NCBI RefSeq assembly: GCF_000315625.1
Contig: NW_005434536.1
Coordinates: 1-64,000 of the forward strand
DNA: 64,000 bases
From: Guillardia theta CCMP2712
Lineage: Eukaryota > Protista > Cryptophyta
Reading direction: 5' to 3'
In this document: in pieces, positions 19,090-30,200 of the stretch
Position numbering within the stretch: the first letter of the stretch is position 1
Layout: the number at the start of each line of letters is the position of its first letter
Program-made: the position numbers and the translations under genes
Notes under the pieces: generated by a model
The model's input: only the letters and a program-made list of their open reading frames with translations
What the model was told of the DNA's origin: nothing
The model's database searches: none

Positions 19090-22000
19090 ATGACCAGTGG
19101 TATGTCTTATGCCAGCATTATAAGGGGTGATGCATGCTATGCCGAGGGTGGGGGGAGCGGGGTGGAGCCTTGCGGCGGAGGACCGCGGCAGCCGGAGGAA
19201 AGAGGGTGTGTGGAAGAAGAGGGTGCAGCTGGTACGGGGTGTGATATACAGCACGAGCTCGAGCTCGACGGGAACCTGGACATGAGTTTCCATCCGGACG
19301 GCTTCGGTGACTTCTTCGATACATATCCCGACGAGAGTGCAGGTTAATTGTTGATCCTTTCTTGATTTTTCTTTCTTGTTGCTTGTTTCTTGGATTCATA
19401 AATTATCTTACTATGTGTGATTGTCATCAGGACTCCCATTATTTTCAGATCAGCGCATATTTGAAGCGAGAAGCAGCGAGGCACTCCCTCCCCCTCCCCC
19501 AGCGGACCACTCAGAGGAGGATGAAGGGAGTGATAAGGACAATGAAGGTGAGAGATAGATGAATGGGGAGAAAATTTGATATGATATGCAATGCAGGTAA
19601 TACAAGCAAGAAGGAATTCATCGTTTTCAGAGATAAAGGTGTCACGGAATATGTGTGCTCAAACGACAAGAGCTTGCGCTCAAAACAGTCCGATTTCTTC
19701 ACGAAGAACAACAAGGAAATACGCTCGTTTCTTTCTGATGTCATGAATGGTCTGGAGTTTGACGGAGTCTTCAAAGATAAAGATTACGTTGTGATTGACT
19801 TCAATCGCTGCATGGGTATCGCCGGCCCCATCATTGCCCGCCTTCACCAGAAGCTGCTGATGGACAAGGATGGGGCAAAGTGTTGTGCCCGTCTGATCTC
19901 CTCCCTGAAGCAGATGCGAGAGGAGGACGTGCAGCACTCGGAGGCCAAGATTAAGCAGCTCGAGTGCCTCCGAGTCTGTGACATGGACTTCTTCAGCTAC
20001 CTCTGCTTTCTCCTCAGCCTGGGCTGCAACCGGAAGATCGACTCCATGGAGGGGAGTGCCATTTACAGTCGTCATATCGTCCCCTGTCTGCAGGAGCTTA
20101 CCTGCACCACACAGTTGGCCGATGTGGATGTGAGGAGCATCATGATGCTAGGCAGCTGGCACATGGTCAATGCCTTCCAGACCTGCTGCGTGAGCCGGAA
20201 GGGAATTGCCTCTATTTGGGGCAGCGTGTGCATCGCGGAGGAGAGGGCGATGGAATTCCTCCGCTCTATCGATATTATTTGCATTTACCGGGGGACGGGA
20301 ATCAAGGCCAACAAGCACCTTACTGAATACCGCACCATAGTGCAGAGGGCGGTGTGGACCACCGTCAACGGACTAATGGGCGTCTTCTACAAGAGAATGG
20401 AGGACGCGTGCGCCAAGATTCCAATCTCTTACATGCGGAAGAATCAGATGTCAGATGTGGGCATGCAGAGCTGCGTGAAGCTCTCTGATTACCTTTCCCT
20501 GTTACCCTTCACCGAATACATCCCTGCAGGTTACTACTACTTCACTCCGACGGAGAAGTACGCCTTCTTCGTGCAGGGCATATGCGCCATCACCACCTTC
20601 CACTTCGACGACTTGAAGCCGAGGGTGGAGATTTTTCTCTATGTCAAGAATTGCAAGATGCCCGGCACTCCTTGGACCATACCACTCCGATTCCTACTCT
20701 CCAAGGAAATGTGCACCTGGGTGGTCGACTGGAGACAGTTCCAGCATGAAATCTTCACCGCCGTCAAGCAGCGTCGTTGCATCATTATGCGGAAGGGCAA
20801 GGTCGATGTCAACTTTGTACCGGAGGAGCATTTTGTGAGGAATGGGAAGATTCCGCATGACGTGAAATCATACAAGGTTGTCAGCCAGTTTCAGACCAAG
20901 GAGACATGCATGTCGATTGTCGGGAATTTGAAGCTCCTTATTGGGAAGTCGGATTCGATGCTGTTTAACATCCGGGATGAGGCCAACCGACCCGCCCTTA
21001 CCGCCTACGGGAGCCATGCAGACGCCGTCTTCAACATCATGAGGGAGGCGGTAAAGTTTGAAGAGCTCGGTAAGCTCCGGGTCCTTCCCGAGGAGAGTCT
21101 ACAGAACGATGTCATCTTTACCAGATCCATCAGCGCATTGATAAGGAAGTTGTCCAGCTCCACCATGGTGAATCATGATAATTTGATCAGCATTTTGCGT
21201 CTTACCCTTGCCCTGTGTGACCGTGAAAATATTGGGAGGTGTATCTACGACAGCATCCGTGGTATCTTCGAGCAATTCTATTCCTCCCTCGAGTTTGGAG
21301 ATGGCAGCTGTATCCGTCTGGAGTTTGATGAAGAGAAGGTGCATGAGTTTGCCATCCTTTGCCTTGGCGCGGATGGTCCATCTGAAAAGGCACCACTTCC
21401 AGACAGCCATAAGCGCAAGGAGATGGAGTCAGGAACTCCCTCTGACAAGATCCCGCAGCAGTCGCCATTCAAGATTCCGAAATTGCCAACTTCCAATGTT
21501 TTGGAGCAGCCACCTTCAAAGGTCCCGGAGCAATCGTCGTCGAAAAACACTCCTGCCCCTGATGTACCTGAGACAGAATCATTTATTCATAAGGACGATA
21601 TTGTGCCCTGCGATCTGGTTGAAATCATCTTCCTACCGCAGGAAGAGGAAGTGATGGAGACTGAAGAAAAAGGATCCGACGAGCCTGCCCCGCGTGAAAA
21701 TGTCGAAGAATTGACGAATAACGCAGAGGTGCTACTGCAGAGCGCCAATCAGATCATGCAGCAAAAGACTTCGAATGAGCCATCCTTGAAGAAGAAGAAG
21801 CCATCAAAGGATGATCCTAGGATTGAAAAGCATGCCGCCATGATCAATGACTTCCTCGACAAGCTCAAGGTCGACGACAGGTTGCTGAAGCAAACCCTTT
21901 TCATGTGTCAGACGGACATGGTCTTCATGGGTTCGGACCTGGACTACTGGAGCCTGCGGAGCAAGAAGCTGGAGAAGGGAGACCCGCTTAACCTTCAGGA

Positions 22001-22208
22001 TGTCGTCGTCTGCTTTGTCCAGAGTTACACCATGAAAATGAACAAGATGAAGGTCGGGACTGACTTCCGCGAGCGTATGAAGAGCTTTTCAAGAGATGTG
22101 GTGAATGATAATCTCGAGTTCATGATGCATTCCTTCGACGAGACGATGGGGATATGTGACTACATGATCAACATTGCTCGGAAGAACATGAAGTTTATGA
22201 TCGTTTGA
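19090..22208 (+). CDS. Large hypothetical, probably nuclear protein; predicted three exons 19090-19342, 19431-19547 and 19597-22208 (~993 aa; 5' start uncertain)
   Basis: Two phase-1 GT-AG introns join ORF 18994..19347 to the 881-aa ORF in frame. NLS-like PSLKKKKP; Pro/Ser-rich linker. Confidence 0.75.
19343..19430 (+). other. Predicted spliceosomal intron (88 nt; alternative in-frame acceptor at 19448)
   Basis: CAG|GTTAAT...TCATCAG; very T-rich; contains an in-frame stop. Confidence 0.65.
19548..19596 (+). other. Predicted spliceosomal intron (49 nt)
   Basis: AAG|GTGAGA...ATGCAG|GT; AT-rich; contains an in-frame TAG; removal gives ...DNEG-NTSKKEF in frame. Confidence 0.7.
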
Positions 22209-22248
22209 GTCTATTTATTAATACTTATTGATGAATTGAAAAGAGAAG

Positions 22249-22638
22249 ATGAGCATGACCGATTCACAGATCGTGGGGGGCGTCCTGTGCTTCCTTCTTA
22301 CATCCATCGCATACTTCATGCTGTATTACATCTTTGTTTTCCCTGAACTCAAGAAGAGGGATTCGCAGGAGACTTATCTTAGTGTGTGGCACTGTCTGCT
22401 CACCCTCTTCATGGCGGGCGGCGTCGCCCTGACCTTCATTCTCTCCTCGAGCGCCAACGGGGAGCAGCAGCTCGCCTTCTACACAACCCTTGTCTTTGGG
22501 TTGGTGTACTTCTGTTGCAACGAGATCGGCATCACTATCCTTCGGCAGAGTTTGACCAAGCCCATCCCGGATCTGTCTCCCTTCTCCTGGGATGTCGTGC
22601 AGACATACCAGAGGAGGATGACGCGGGATGGGATCTGA
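22249..22638 (+). CDS. Small three-TM membrane protein (129 aa)
   Basis: Three hydrophobic segments; lies directly upstream of the portal-like gene. Confidence 0.75.
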   Translation: MSMTDSQIVGGVLCFLLTSIAYFMLYYIFVFPELKKRDSQETYLSVWHCLLTLFMAGGVALTFILSSSANGEQQLAFYTTLVFGLVYFCCNEIGITILRQSLTKPIPDLSPFSWDVVQTYQRRMTRDGI

Positions 22639-22685
22639 GATGGGGAGGGGATATAACAGCCGCGCGGGCGCCCTGCCCGAGATCG

Positions 22686-24233
22686 ATGGACGGTGGGGCT
22701 TACAAGCGCATGCGCATGTCGCAGGATGCGATGATGAGGAAGGAGAAGTTCAGGAGGCACGATGAGGAGGAGAGCTTCTGGCAGCTGATGGAGATGGCAA
22801 GCTACGAACCCGTCATCAATGTTTCCTTTTCGACGATACAGGCGATGTGCCTTTCAAGAGACATAGACGTTGTCGTCGATAAGAAGCCCAGCATCCCTGG
22901 ATTCAAGAAATTTTTGAATATGTATTACAAGCCCTTCCTTGCCCACTGCATCCGGAGCTTCTTCGTGTGCGGCTTCGCGGCCGTCCGCTTCCGCAGGCTC
23001 GCCAGCGGGGACATCGTGCCCGAGTGCCTCCCGCTCGGCAGCTTCCGCTGGACAGTTGTCGCCAACCCGATGAGGAGGGACGGACAGGGAAACGAAGGCT
23101 CCGGCGCAGACAACATCAAGCCCGACGCACAGGAGCCCGCGAGCAGGAAGACCTACCTCCCCAAGTTCACGCCCAGGGAGAGCGACGAGAGCAAGATGCT
23201 CCGCTACAAGATCACGGTGCTTACCGGCAATGTCAAGGAGAACGAGGTCTACGTCTACGAGTTCGTGCAGCCGACCTTCAACGTGTCGGGCAACTCCCGC
23301 TTCTACGCAACGGTCAGCAGCCCGATGGCGGGCCTGATCCATGAGTACCGGGACCTGCGCGAGGCGAGGGCGAGGCGCTCGATGGCCGACGCCTGGAACA
23401 CCAGGGCCCACGTCGTCTGCTCGCTCAAGGACAGCAAGATACCGACGGACCAGCCCAGGGAGAACTTCCTGGCCACCCAACTGACGCTACCCGCCGTCCG
23501 GGCCGAGCACAACCTCTTCCTGGCCAGCCTCGCCGAGGAGGAGGGTATGCAGGCAAGGAAGGTCACCGAGCAGATCGAGGAGGAGTTCCTGGAGAATTCA
23601 GGCAACCATCCCCCGCTCCTGCACATTCTCCCGAAGAACTACGACAGCCAGATGCTCGGCCAGTTGAACCCGGTCGAGGACATATCCCTTCTCTACAACC
23701 AGTGGACGAACTCAGTCTTCCAACTGTTCAAGATCCCGCCCAAGATGATGATCGGGAACCTGGGGCTCACCAAGGAGGCCGGCATGAACCAGCGGATATT
23801 CTCGGCCGAGATGCAGCAGCTCTGCATGCATCTGCGAGCCTTGGCCGGGAATGTCTACTCCATCATCTACGGGGAGGAAGACCCACACAGGGTCAACTTC
23901 GTCATCCAGCCCGCCCCTAAGATCGACGTCGAGAGCATCGAGGACCTCAAGATGCTCTTCGAGATCGGCTCGATCAAACCATCCACCGCTGCTAAACTGT
24001 CGGATACGCTCATCAACGCGGATAAGGACATCCTTGCGAGTGTGAACGGGAATATGGGTGGTATGGTCGGCGTCCCGGGAGAGATGGGGGCGATGAAGGA
24101 TCGGAATGAGTCTAAGGAGGACAGGGATGCCGGGAAGGTTACAAGGACCGAGCTCCAGTACCAGGCCCCGAAGAAGGCCACCCCCGCCAAGTTCGCGCCA
24201 CCGCCCAAGGAGCCAGTGAGTAAGAAGAAATAA
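22686..24233 (+). CDS. Portal protein, HK97-type fold (515 aa)
   Basis: Collinear portal-like pattern: EPVINVSFSTI; FLAHCIRSFFVCGFAAV..RR...GDIVPECLP; ILPKNYD; VFQLFKIPPKMM; IFSAEMQQL; LFEIGSIKPS. ATATAA at 22651 and AATAAA over the stop. Recognised by eye only. Confidence 0.7.
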   Translation: MDGGAYKRMRMSQDAMMRKEKFRRHDEEESFWQLMEMASYEPVINVSFSTIQAMCLSRDIDVVVDKKPSIPGFKKFLNMYYKPFLAHCIRSFFVCGFAAVRFRRLASGDIVPECLPLGSFRWTVVANPMRRDGQGNEGSGADNIKPDAQEPASRKTYLPKFTPRESDESKMLRYKITVLTGNVKENEVYVYEFVQPTFNVSGNSRFYATVSSPMAGLIHEYRDLREARARRSMADAWNTRAHVVCSLKDSKIPTDQPRENFLATQLTLPAVRAEHNLFLASLAEEEGMQARKVTEQIEEEFLENSGNHPPLLHILPKNYDSQMLGQLNPVEDISLLYNQWTNSVFQLFKIPPKMMIGNLGLTKEAGMNQRIFSAEMQQLCMHLRALAGNVYSIIYGEEDPHRVNFVIQPAPKIDVESIEDLKMLFEIGSIKPSTAAKLSDTLINADKDILASVNGNMGGMVGVPGEMGAMKDRNESKEDRDAGKVTRTELQYQAPKKATPAKFAPPPKEPVSKKK

Positions 24234-24250
24234 ATCGTATATTCGTATAC

Positions 24251-27200
24251 TCACGGCATCCTCACGACCGCGGCCTGCCCGGCGGGGATTGCGATGTGGA
24301 TGAAGGAGGTGACCCTCCGGTTGGCAGTGAGCCAGTCTGAGAAGGTCGGGGGCCAGTGGTAGGCGGTTCGCATCCAGAAGTAGGAATAACTAGCAAGATC
24401 TGCCTCCCCACACCTTGCCTCCGCGTAGCGAGACGCGATGGAGGTATACAGAAGCAGATTATCGGAGAGCCAGGTTGTTGCCTGGGAGGTGCAGGCCGAG
24501 GGGGAGTCCGGGAGGCGGAGCAGGTCGACCAGACCAATCGTGCTCGTCTGGGTGACGCAGTACATGGGGTAGTCTCTGAAGCAGGCCTTCTGGAATGTAT
24601 CTGAGAGGACGAGGTGGCTGGTACCTTGGGTGAGGAAGACCCTACTCTGGTCCATCAGCCCGCGGATCAGGCCCGGGAGGAGATCGCCGATGGCGTGGAT
24701 GAGGACGATTTCAATCCTTGTCACCCCAGGGACCCCTATCCTGACCGACAGCAGAGAGTCCTGTATCGACTCGGACAAGGAGGGGAATTCAATGCCTGAT
24801 GTGTAAGGTATCCAGGAGCTGTTCAGCCCGAAGCGGAAGGCGGCGGGTAGCTTCCTTTCGTCCACCGAGACGAGGCTCGCCGTGCAGGTTTCCAGGAATT
24901 TCTCTGTAAGGGCCACCCCTGTGAAGGCATAGCCACCTTTCCTGGAAGCCAGCAGGAGGGTGATCCTTGCTGTGTCGAAGTCATGGTAGAGGTGGGGTGT
25001 TTGAAGGACGACGTACATGGGCCAGCCCGGGCGCCAGGTGAAGAGCGTCTCGCAGTGCGTCCCGGCCGTGTTCTGGTCGATGACGACTGCGCCGTGGAGT
25101 GCTGGGCTCGCGGACCAGCACGAAGGGAGTGGAGCCAGGCTTGCGCAGATCCTCTGCTCGTCGATGACATCCCACCCCTTCCAGCCACCGTAGCGGAGGA
25201 TGTAGGTCATGGCCTGGGCCCTTACCAGGAGCTCCTCGTCTCCCTCGAAGACGAAGCGGGCGGCGTATAGGTTCGAGCCTGCGAACCGGTACAGTGAAAG
25301 AGAGAGGTAGGAAACCATCCCCGGCTGCACCTTCTGGATCACCGACATCGAGGCCGACACGCCCCGGCTGTAGCTCACCCTGTGGTAGACCGTGTGGTAC
25401 GTCGTAGATAGTGTAGAGTCTACCTGGATGAACATGGCCGCGATATAGAAGCTGCAGTTCAGCCACCCCTGACCCCAGGGCGTGCAGTTCACGACGGGCT
25501 CCAGCGCGGCGGCGTCGATGGAGAAGCGGTAGAGCCCGCCGTAGGCCGGGGTGAGGTCCATGAAGCCGTACGTGTCCTGCCCGTAGGGGATGTACCTTTC
25601 GTAAAATGCCTTCTCTAGCCGCTCACAATCGCAGGTCCCATTGGGGCAGGCCTGGTACGTGACGGAGAGGGAGGCGGGGAGGAGTTCTTCAGAAGTATCA
25701 CTCTGGATCTCGGAAAGGCAGCACGCCTTGCATTCGACCTCTGGTATGCTCTTAGAAAGATACAGAACAGGGATTGATGTCCCAGAGGTATGTTTGAGCA
25801 GTATACTCCCGGTGATGGCATCATGAAACCCATCACCTGAAACATTTGTGATGATCAGATCGTCAGTGACGGGGGAGAGGAGCTTGGATTCCGGCTGACA
25901 TGCGTCGTAGTCCTCGTCGAGGATGTAGCCCGGGTCGCAGCGGGCCAGGCAGGAGTAGTCGGTGACGAGGTAGTGCTTGGCGATGCTGTCGCTGAGAGGG
26001 CAGGACTGGCAGGGTTGGTCTCCCAGTCCCTTCTTGAAGGAGAGCGTGCCGCAGGGGACGCAGGTCTTCGTAACATTGGCCTTGGAAGCAAGACCGTAAT
26101 CTGGGATACACTTACACATATCACTCGAGTTGGAGGCACTGCTTGCTGTTGTAGTGTAGAGGCCGACGGCTGTGCACGGGCTGCAGAACGAGGAAGCGGG
26201 AAATTCGGAGAAGTAGCCCACCCAACACGAGACGCATACCTCCGCGTTGCTCAGGGAGGGTTTGTAGCTTCCAGGACTGCAAGGACTGCATGTGTCCTCC
26301 CCGATCCTCTCATATCCTGACTCACAGATGCAACCCTCGATGTTCGCGGTGCTAGAGAGGGACAGGGAGTGATTCGGGCAGGGCAGGCAGCTGGTGGAAT
26401 CCACCGCCCCGTACTCGGGCTGGTACGTGTTGAAATCGCAGGAGGAGCAAGGGAGGTTGCTGACGCCGGGTTTGTAATGCCCAGGGTAGCAGGTCCGGCA
26501 GCCCTTCAGAGGTACCAGCGGGTCGATCGGAGTGTTACCCGGGAGGCAGCGGCAGCTCCCTGTGCTCTGGCTTCCCGTAAAGAGCGTCGTCATACCGGAG
26601 GGGCAGGGGACACAGCCTGAAATAATCTCGATTGAGTTCGATGCGTAGTAGCCTTCTTTGCAGGGGGGGCAGGATGCCTGCCCCTGGCCGATGCCGGAGG
26701 TGCCGAGCGGGCAGTATTCGCAGTACAGCGAAGCATTCTCGGGAGTGTAAGACCCCCTCTCGCAGGGACGGCAGGCATCGTTCAGCGTGCTATCCTTGTA
26801 TTTACCAGGTGGGCAGGCCGTGCAGGTCATGTGGTAGCCCCCCGACGCTACTGGCTGCAGTCTGTACTCGTACCCTGGGACGCACCGGCAGTCATACTGG
26901 AACTCCGCCGCGGTCTTGTACGTGATGGAGTTGGCCGGGCAAGCGAGGCACTGGTCGGCTCGGGTGGCGGCTGTGATGGGCTGGTAGGTATCGAAGTCGC
27001 AGGGGATGCACGCGGAGGACCCGTTGGTGTCTTCGTAGAAGCCCGCGGGGCAGGGCTCGCACTTGTGTAGCGCAGGAGAGTCTCCAAAGTAGCCCGGGGG
27101 ACAGGGCTCGCAGAAGAGCATGCCGGGACCCCGGTAGTGCCCTATCAGGCAGGCCACGCACTGGTAGACCCCCGCAACCAGCTGGATCTCGTATCCGTCC

Positions 27201-30200
27201 TCACATACGCAGTCGAAGACGCTGCCTGACACCGCCGGGCTCGTCGAGTTTAGAGGGCAGTCGCGGCAGACGAGACGGAAGTCGTTGGAGTACGTGTTGT
27301 TGTCACAACCGATGCAGACCCGCAGGTCGAAATCGAGGCGGTAGCCGGGCTGGCACCTGACGCAGGCGGTGTACCCGGCCTCGGAGTAGAAGCCCTCCTC
27401 GCAGTCCTTGCAGTGGGTGGCGTTGGCGTCTGCGTAGGTCTGTGGTACGCACTGGAGACAGGAGCTGAAGCCGGGGAGGGAGACCGAGCCCGGGTCGCAG
27501 GGAATGCAGTCACTCGATGCTTCAAGGGAGTAAGTTCCACCCGTGCAGATGAGGCAGGAGGAGGTTCCGGGGGAGGGGGCATGGTAGCCCGCCGAGCAGT
27601 TCTGGCAGGTGAGGGAGGTGTTGGAGCCGTTGGCCTCGGATGCCTTTCCGATCGGGCAGAGGGAGCAGGAGCTCTGTCCAGGTGACTGCTGGAAGCTCCC
27701 CGGGAAGCATGCAAGGCAAGAGGGATTGGCGAGTTCGGGACCGTATGTCCCTGGAAGGCAAGCGATACACTGGAACTGGTCTAACATCTTTATCATCCCG
27801 AAACCGCACTGGATGCATCCCCTGTGTAGTGCATCTTTGAAGAAGCCATCAGGGCAGGGGATGCACGGCCCGCCATCGGGTCCGAAATACCAGCTTTCAC
27901 ATATGCAGTCCGTATTCTTGACGGAAGCTTGCTGGGAGATGGTGTTGTTGGTGCAGGGGAGGCAGTCCGAAGGTTGGGAGGACTGGTTCAGCGGGTTGTA
28001 AGTGTTGACAGGGCACGCCTCGCACACACGGTTGGAAATGGTGTCCTTGTAGTATCCTTTTTGACACACCGTGCACTTCCCTTCCACATATCCAAAGCCT
28101 TCCAAACACTGACAGCCCAGCTCCGACCCGGTTCCCTCCCCGGAGATGCTGTTATCACGGCAGGTCTGGCAGAGGTCTTCTGAGATGGCAGCGGGGATGA
28201 TGCTATAGGTGTTGTTCGGGCAGGGTGTGCATTCAGTGGAGCCGTAGGTTGTCTTGTAGTAACCAATGGGGCAGGCACTACAGTTCCCAAATGCCCCCGT
28301 GTAGCCCGGGTCACAGAGGCATGCCGCAAGGGTGGCCTTCATCGAATTGAAACTCGTGCTATGCGGGGGGCATTCCAGGCAGGATCCTATCGAATCCGCC
28401 GCGAGGGTGTCGGAGTAGCGGCCGTCCGGGCAGATCTCACACGGCAGGTCGCCCTGCGCGTCTTTGTAGGTTCCGACGGGACAGGGGGAGCAGGCCTGCC
28501 CATCCCTGCCGAAGTGACCATGGGTGCAGCGGCATCCTGTGATGTTACCTGTATGATTATCACTGGTGGTATTATCGGGACACTTCTGACAGTCACTCTC
28601 TGCCACGGTTGTCGCCTTCTCCGAGTACGTTCCCGCTGGGCAGGCGTCACAGACACTCTGGTTGTAGTCCACGGAGTAGTAACCGGGCCCGCACTCCCGG
28701 CAGACGAAAGTGATGCCACCGTCCATGGTGTAGTAACCCGGGACGCAGCTGCAGTTTGATACAGACGAGGAGCCATTGCTGGAGACTGCATTGGAAGGGC
28801 ACTTAATGCATTGATCGATGCTGGAGGCTCCGAGCAAATCCAGGAATGTATCCTCCGGGCACTTCAGACAGCGGTCGGTGCTGGTAGAGACGGACTTGTA
28901 AGTCCCAGGTTTGCAGGCATGGCAATCGCCGGAGCTGTACTCATATCCGGGGTCACAAAGGCACTCTGAACGGTAGACCGAACCCGGGAGAGAAGTGGAG
29001 TTGGGTTGGCACGCCTTGCACACTGTAAGACCCCGCTCATCCGCGTAGGTATCATTAGAGCAGATCGCGCAGGATCCGTTGCCAAATGTTGTCTTGCTGT
29101 AGCCCTTGTCGCACTGCGTGCACTGCAGGCTTCCATCTTGAATCACACCAAAGAACCCCGGGTTGCAAAGGCAAGATGCAATATCGATCGCCAGCCTTGT
29201 GCTGTTCCCTACACAGGCAACGCAGTTGGAGCGGCTCGAAGACGGAGACACAGTGGAGTACTGGTTGTCCCCACATGCAGTGCAGCTGAAATGATTGAAG
29301 GACTCTGTGTAGAACCCCGGTGGGCAGGGCTCGCAGGTATCGTTTCGACGGGAGTAACCTGGCACGCAGAGGCACTGCGCGAGGAGGGAAGTGCCCGATG
29401 GAGACCGGGTGTTGGCGGGACACGCGCGGCACTCACTCGAGTTGATGATCCCCGTTTTAGGAAGGTAGGTGTTTTCCGGACAAGGTGAGCAGGGGACGGT
29501 CTCCCTGGCATCCTTCCAGTATCCCGCAGGGCAGGGCTGGCAGTCGCTGTTGTTGTAGGATCCATAGCCGCGTTCGCATAGGCAATCATCTAGCGATTTC
29601 GATTGCACGTGAGAGTAGGTGTTGGCGGGGCATTCACTTGGGGTAATTGTATTGCGGTCGGGGCAGTATGTGAGCTCGGGGCACGGGACGCAATCCCCGG
29701 ACATGTCGATGCGGTAACCAGCCGGGCAGAAGCATTCCGTCACATATACCGCATTGCCATCCGACTGAAAACGATTGGGGCAGAGGGTGCAGTTGCCCCC
29801 ACCCGTCCCGTAATGGTTTCTAGGGCAAGAAATGCAGGTATACTTCAAGGCCTCTGGATCGGAGTAGTAACCCTGGTCGCAAGTGCATGAGCTCGAACCT
29901 GGTGGACTCGAGCTGTGCTTTGTGCAGTTCTCTATAACCCCATTGGTACAAAACGCATTGGCAGGGCACAGGAGGCACTCGGTGGTGAAGACGTTGAGTG
30001 AGTAGTACCCTTCAAAGCACGTGCAAAAGAAGTTACTTTGCGAGTTGGGAGGAGAGGTGGAGAATTCCGGGCACTTGACTTGTATCTCGTTGAAGCAGTA
30101 GGAGCCGGCGGGGCAGTCGATGCAGATGGCGCACTCGCAGTAGAGGCCGTTGCCGCGGAAGTTCTCGTTGCACTCGCAGGTGAAGCTCCCTGGGGTGTTG

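Noticed and set aside
22386-22685. 100-aa N-terminal extension of the portal ORF
   Set aside because: It starts at GTG and overlaps the three-TM gene; a TATA at 22651 supports ATG 22686.
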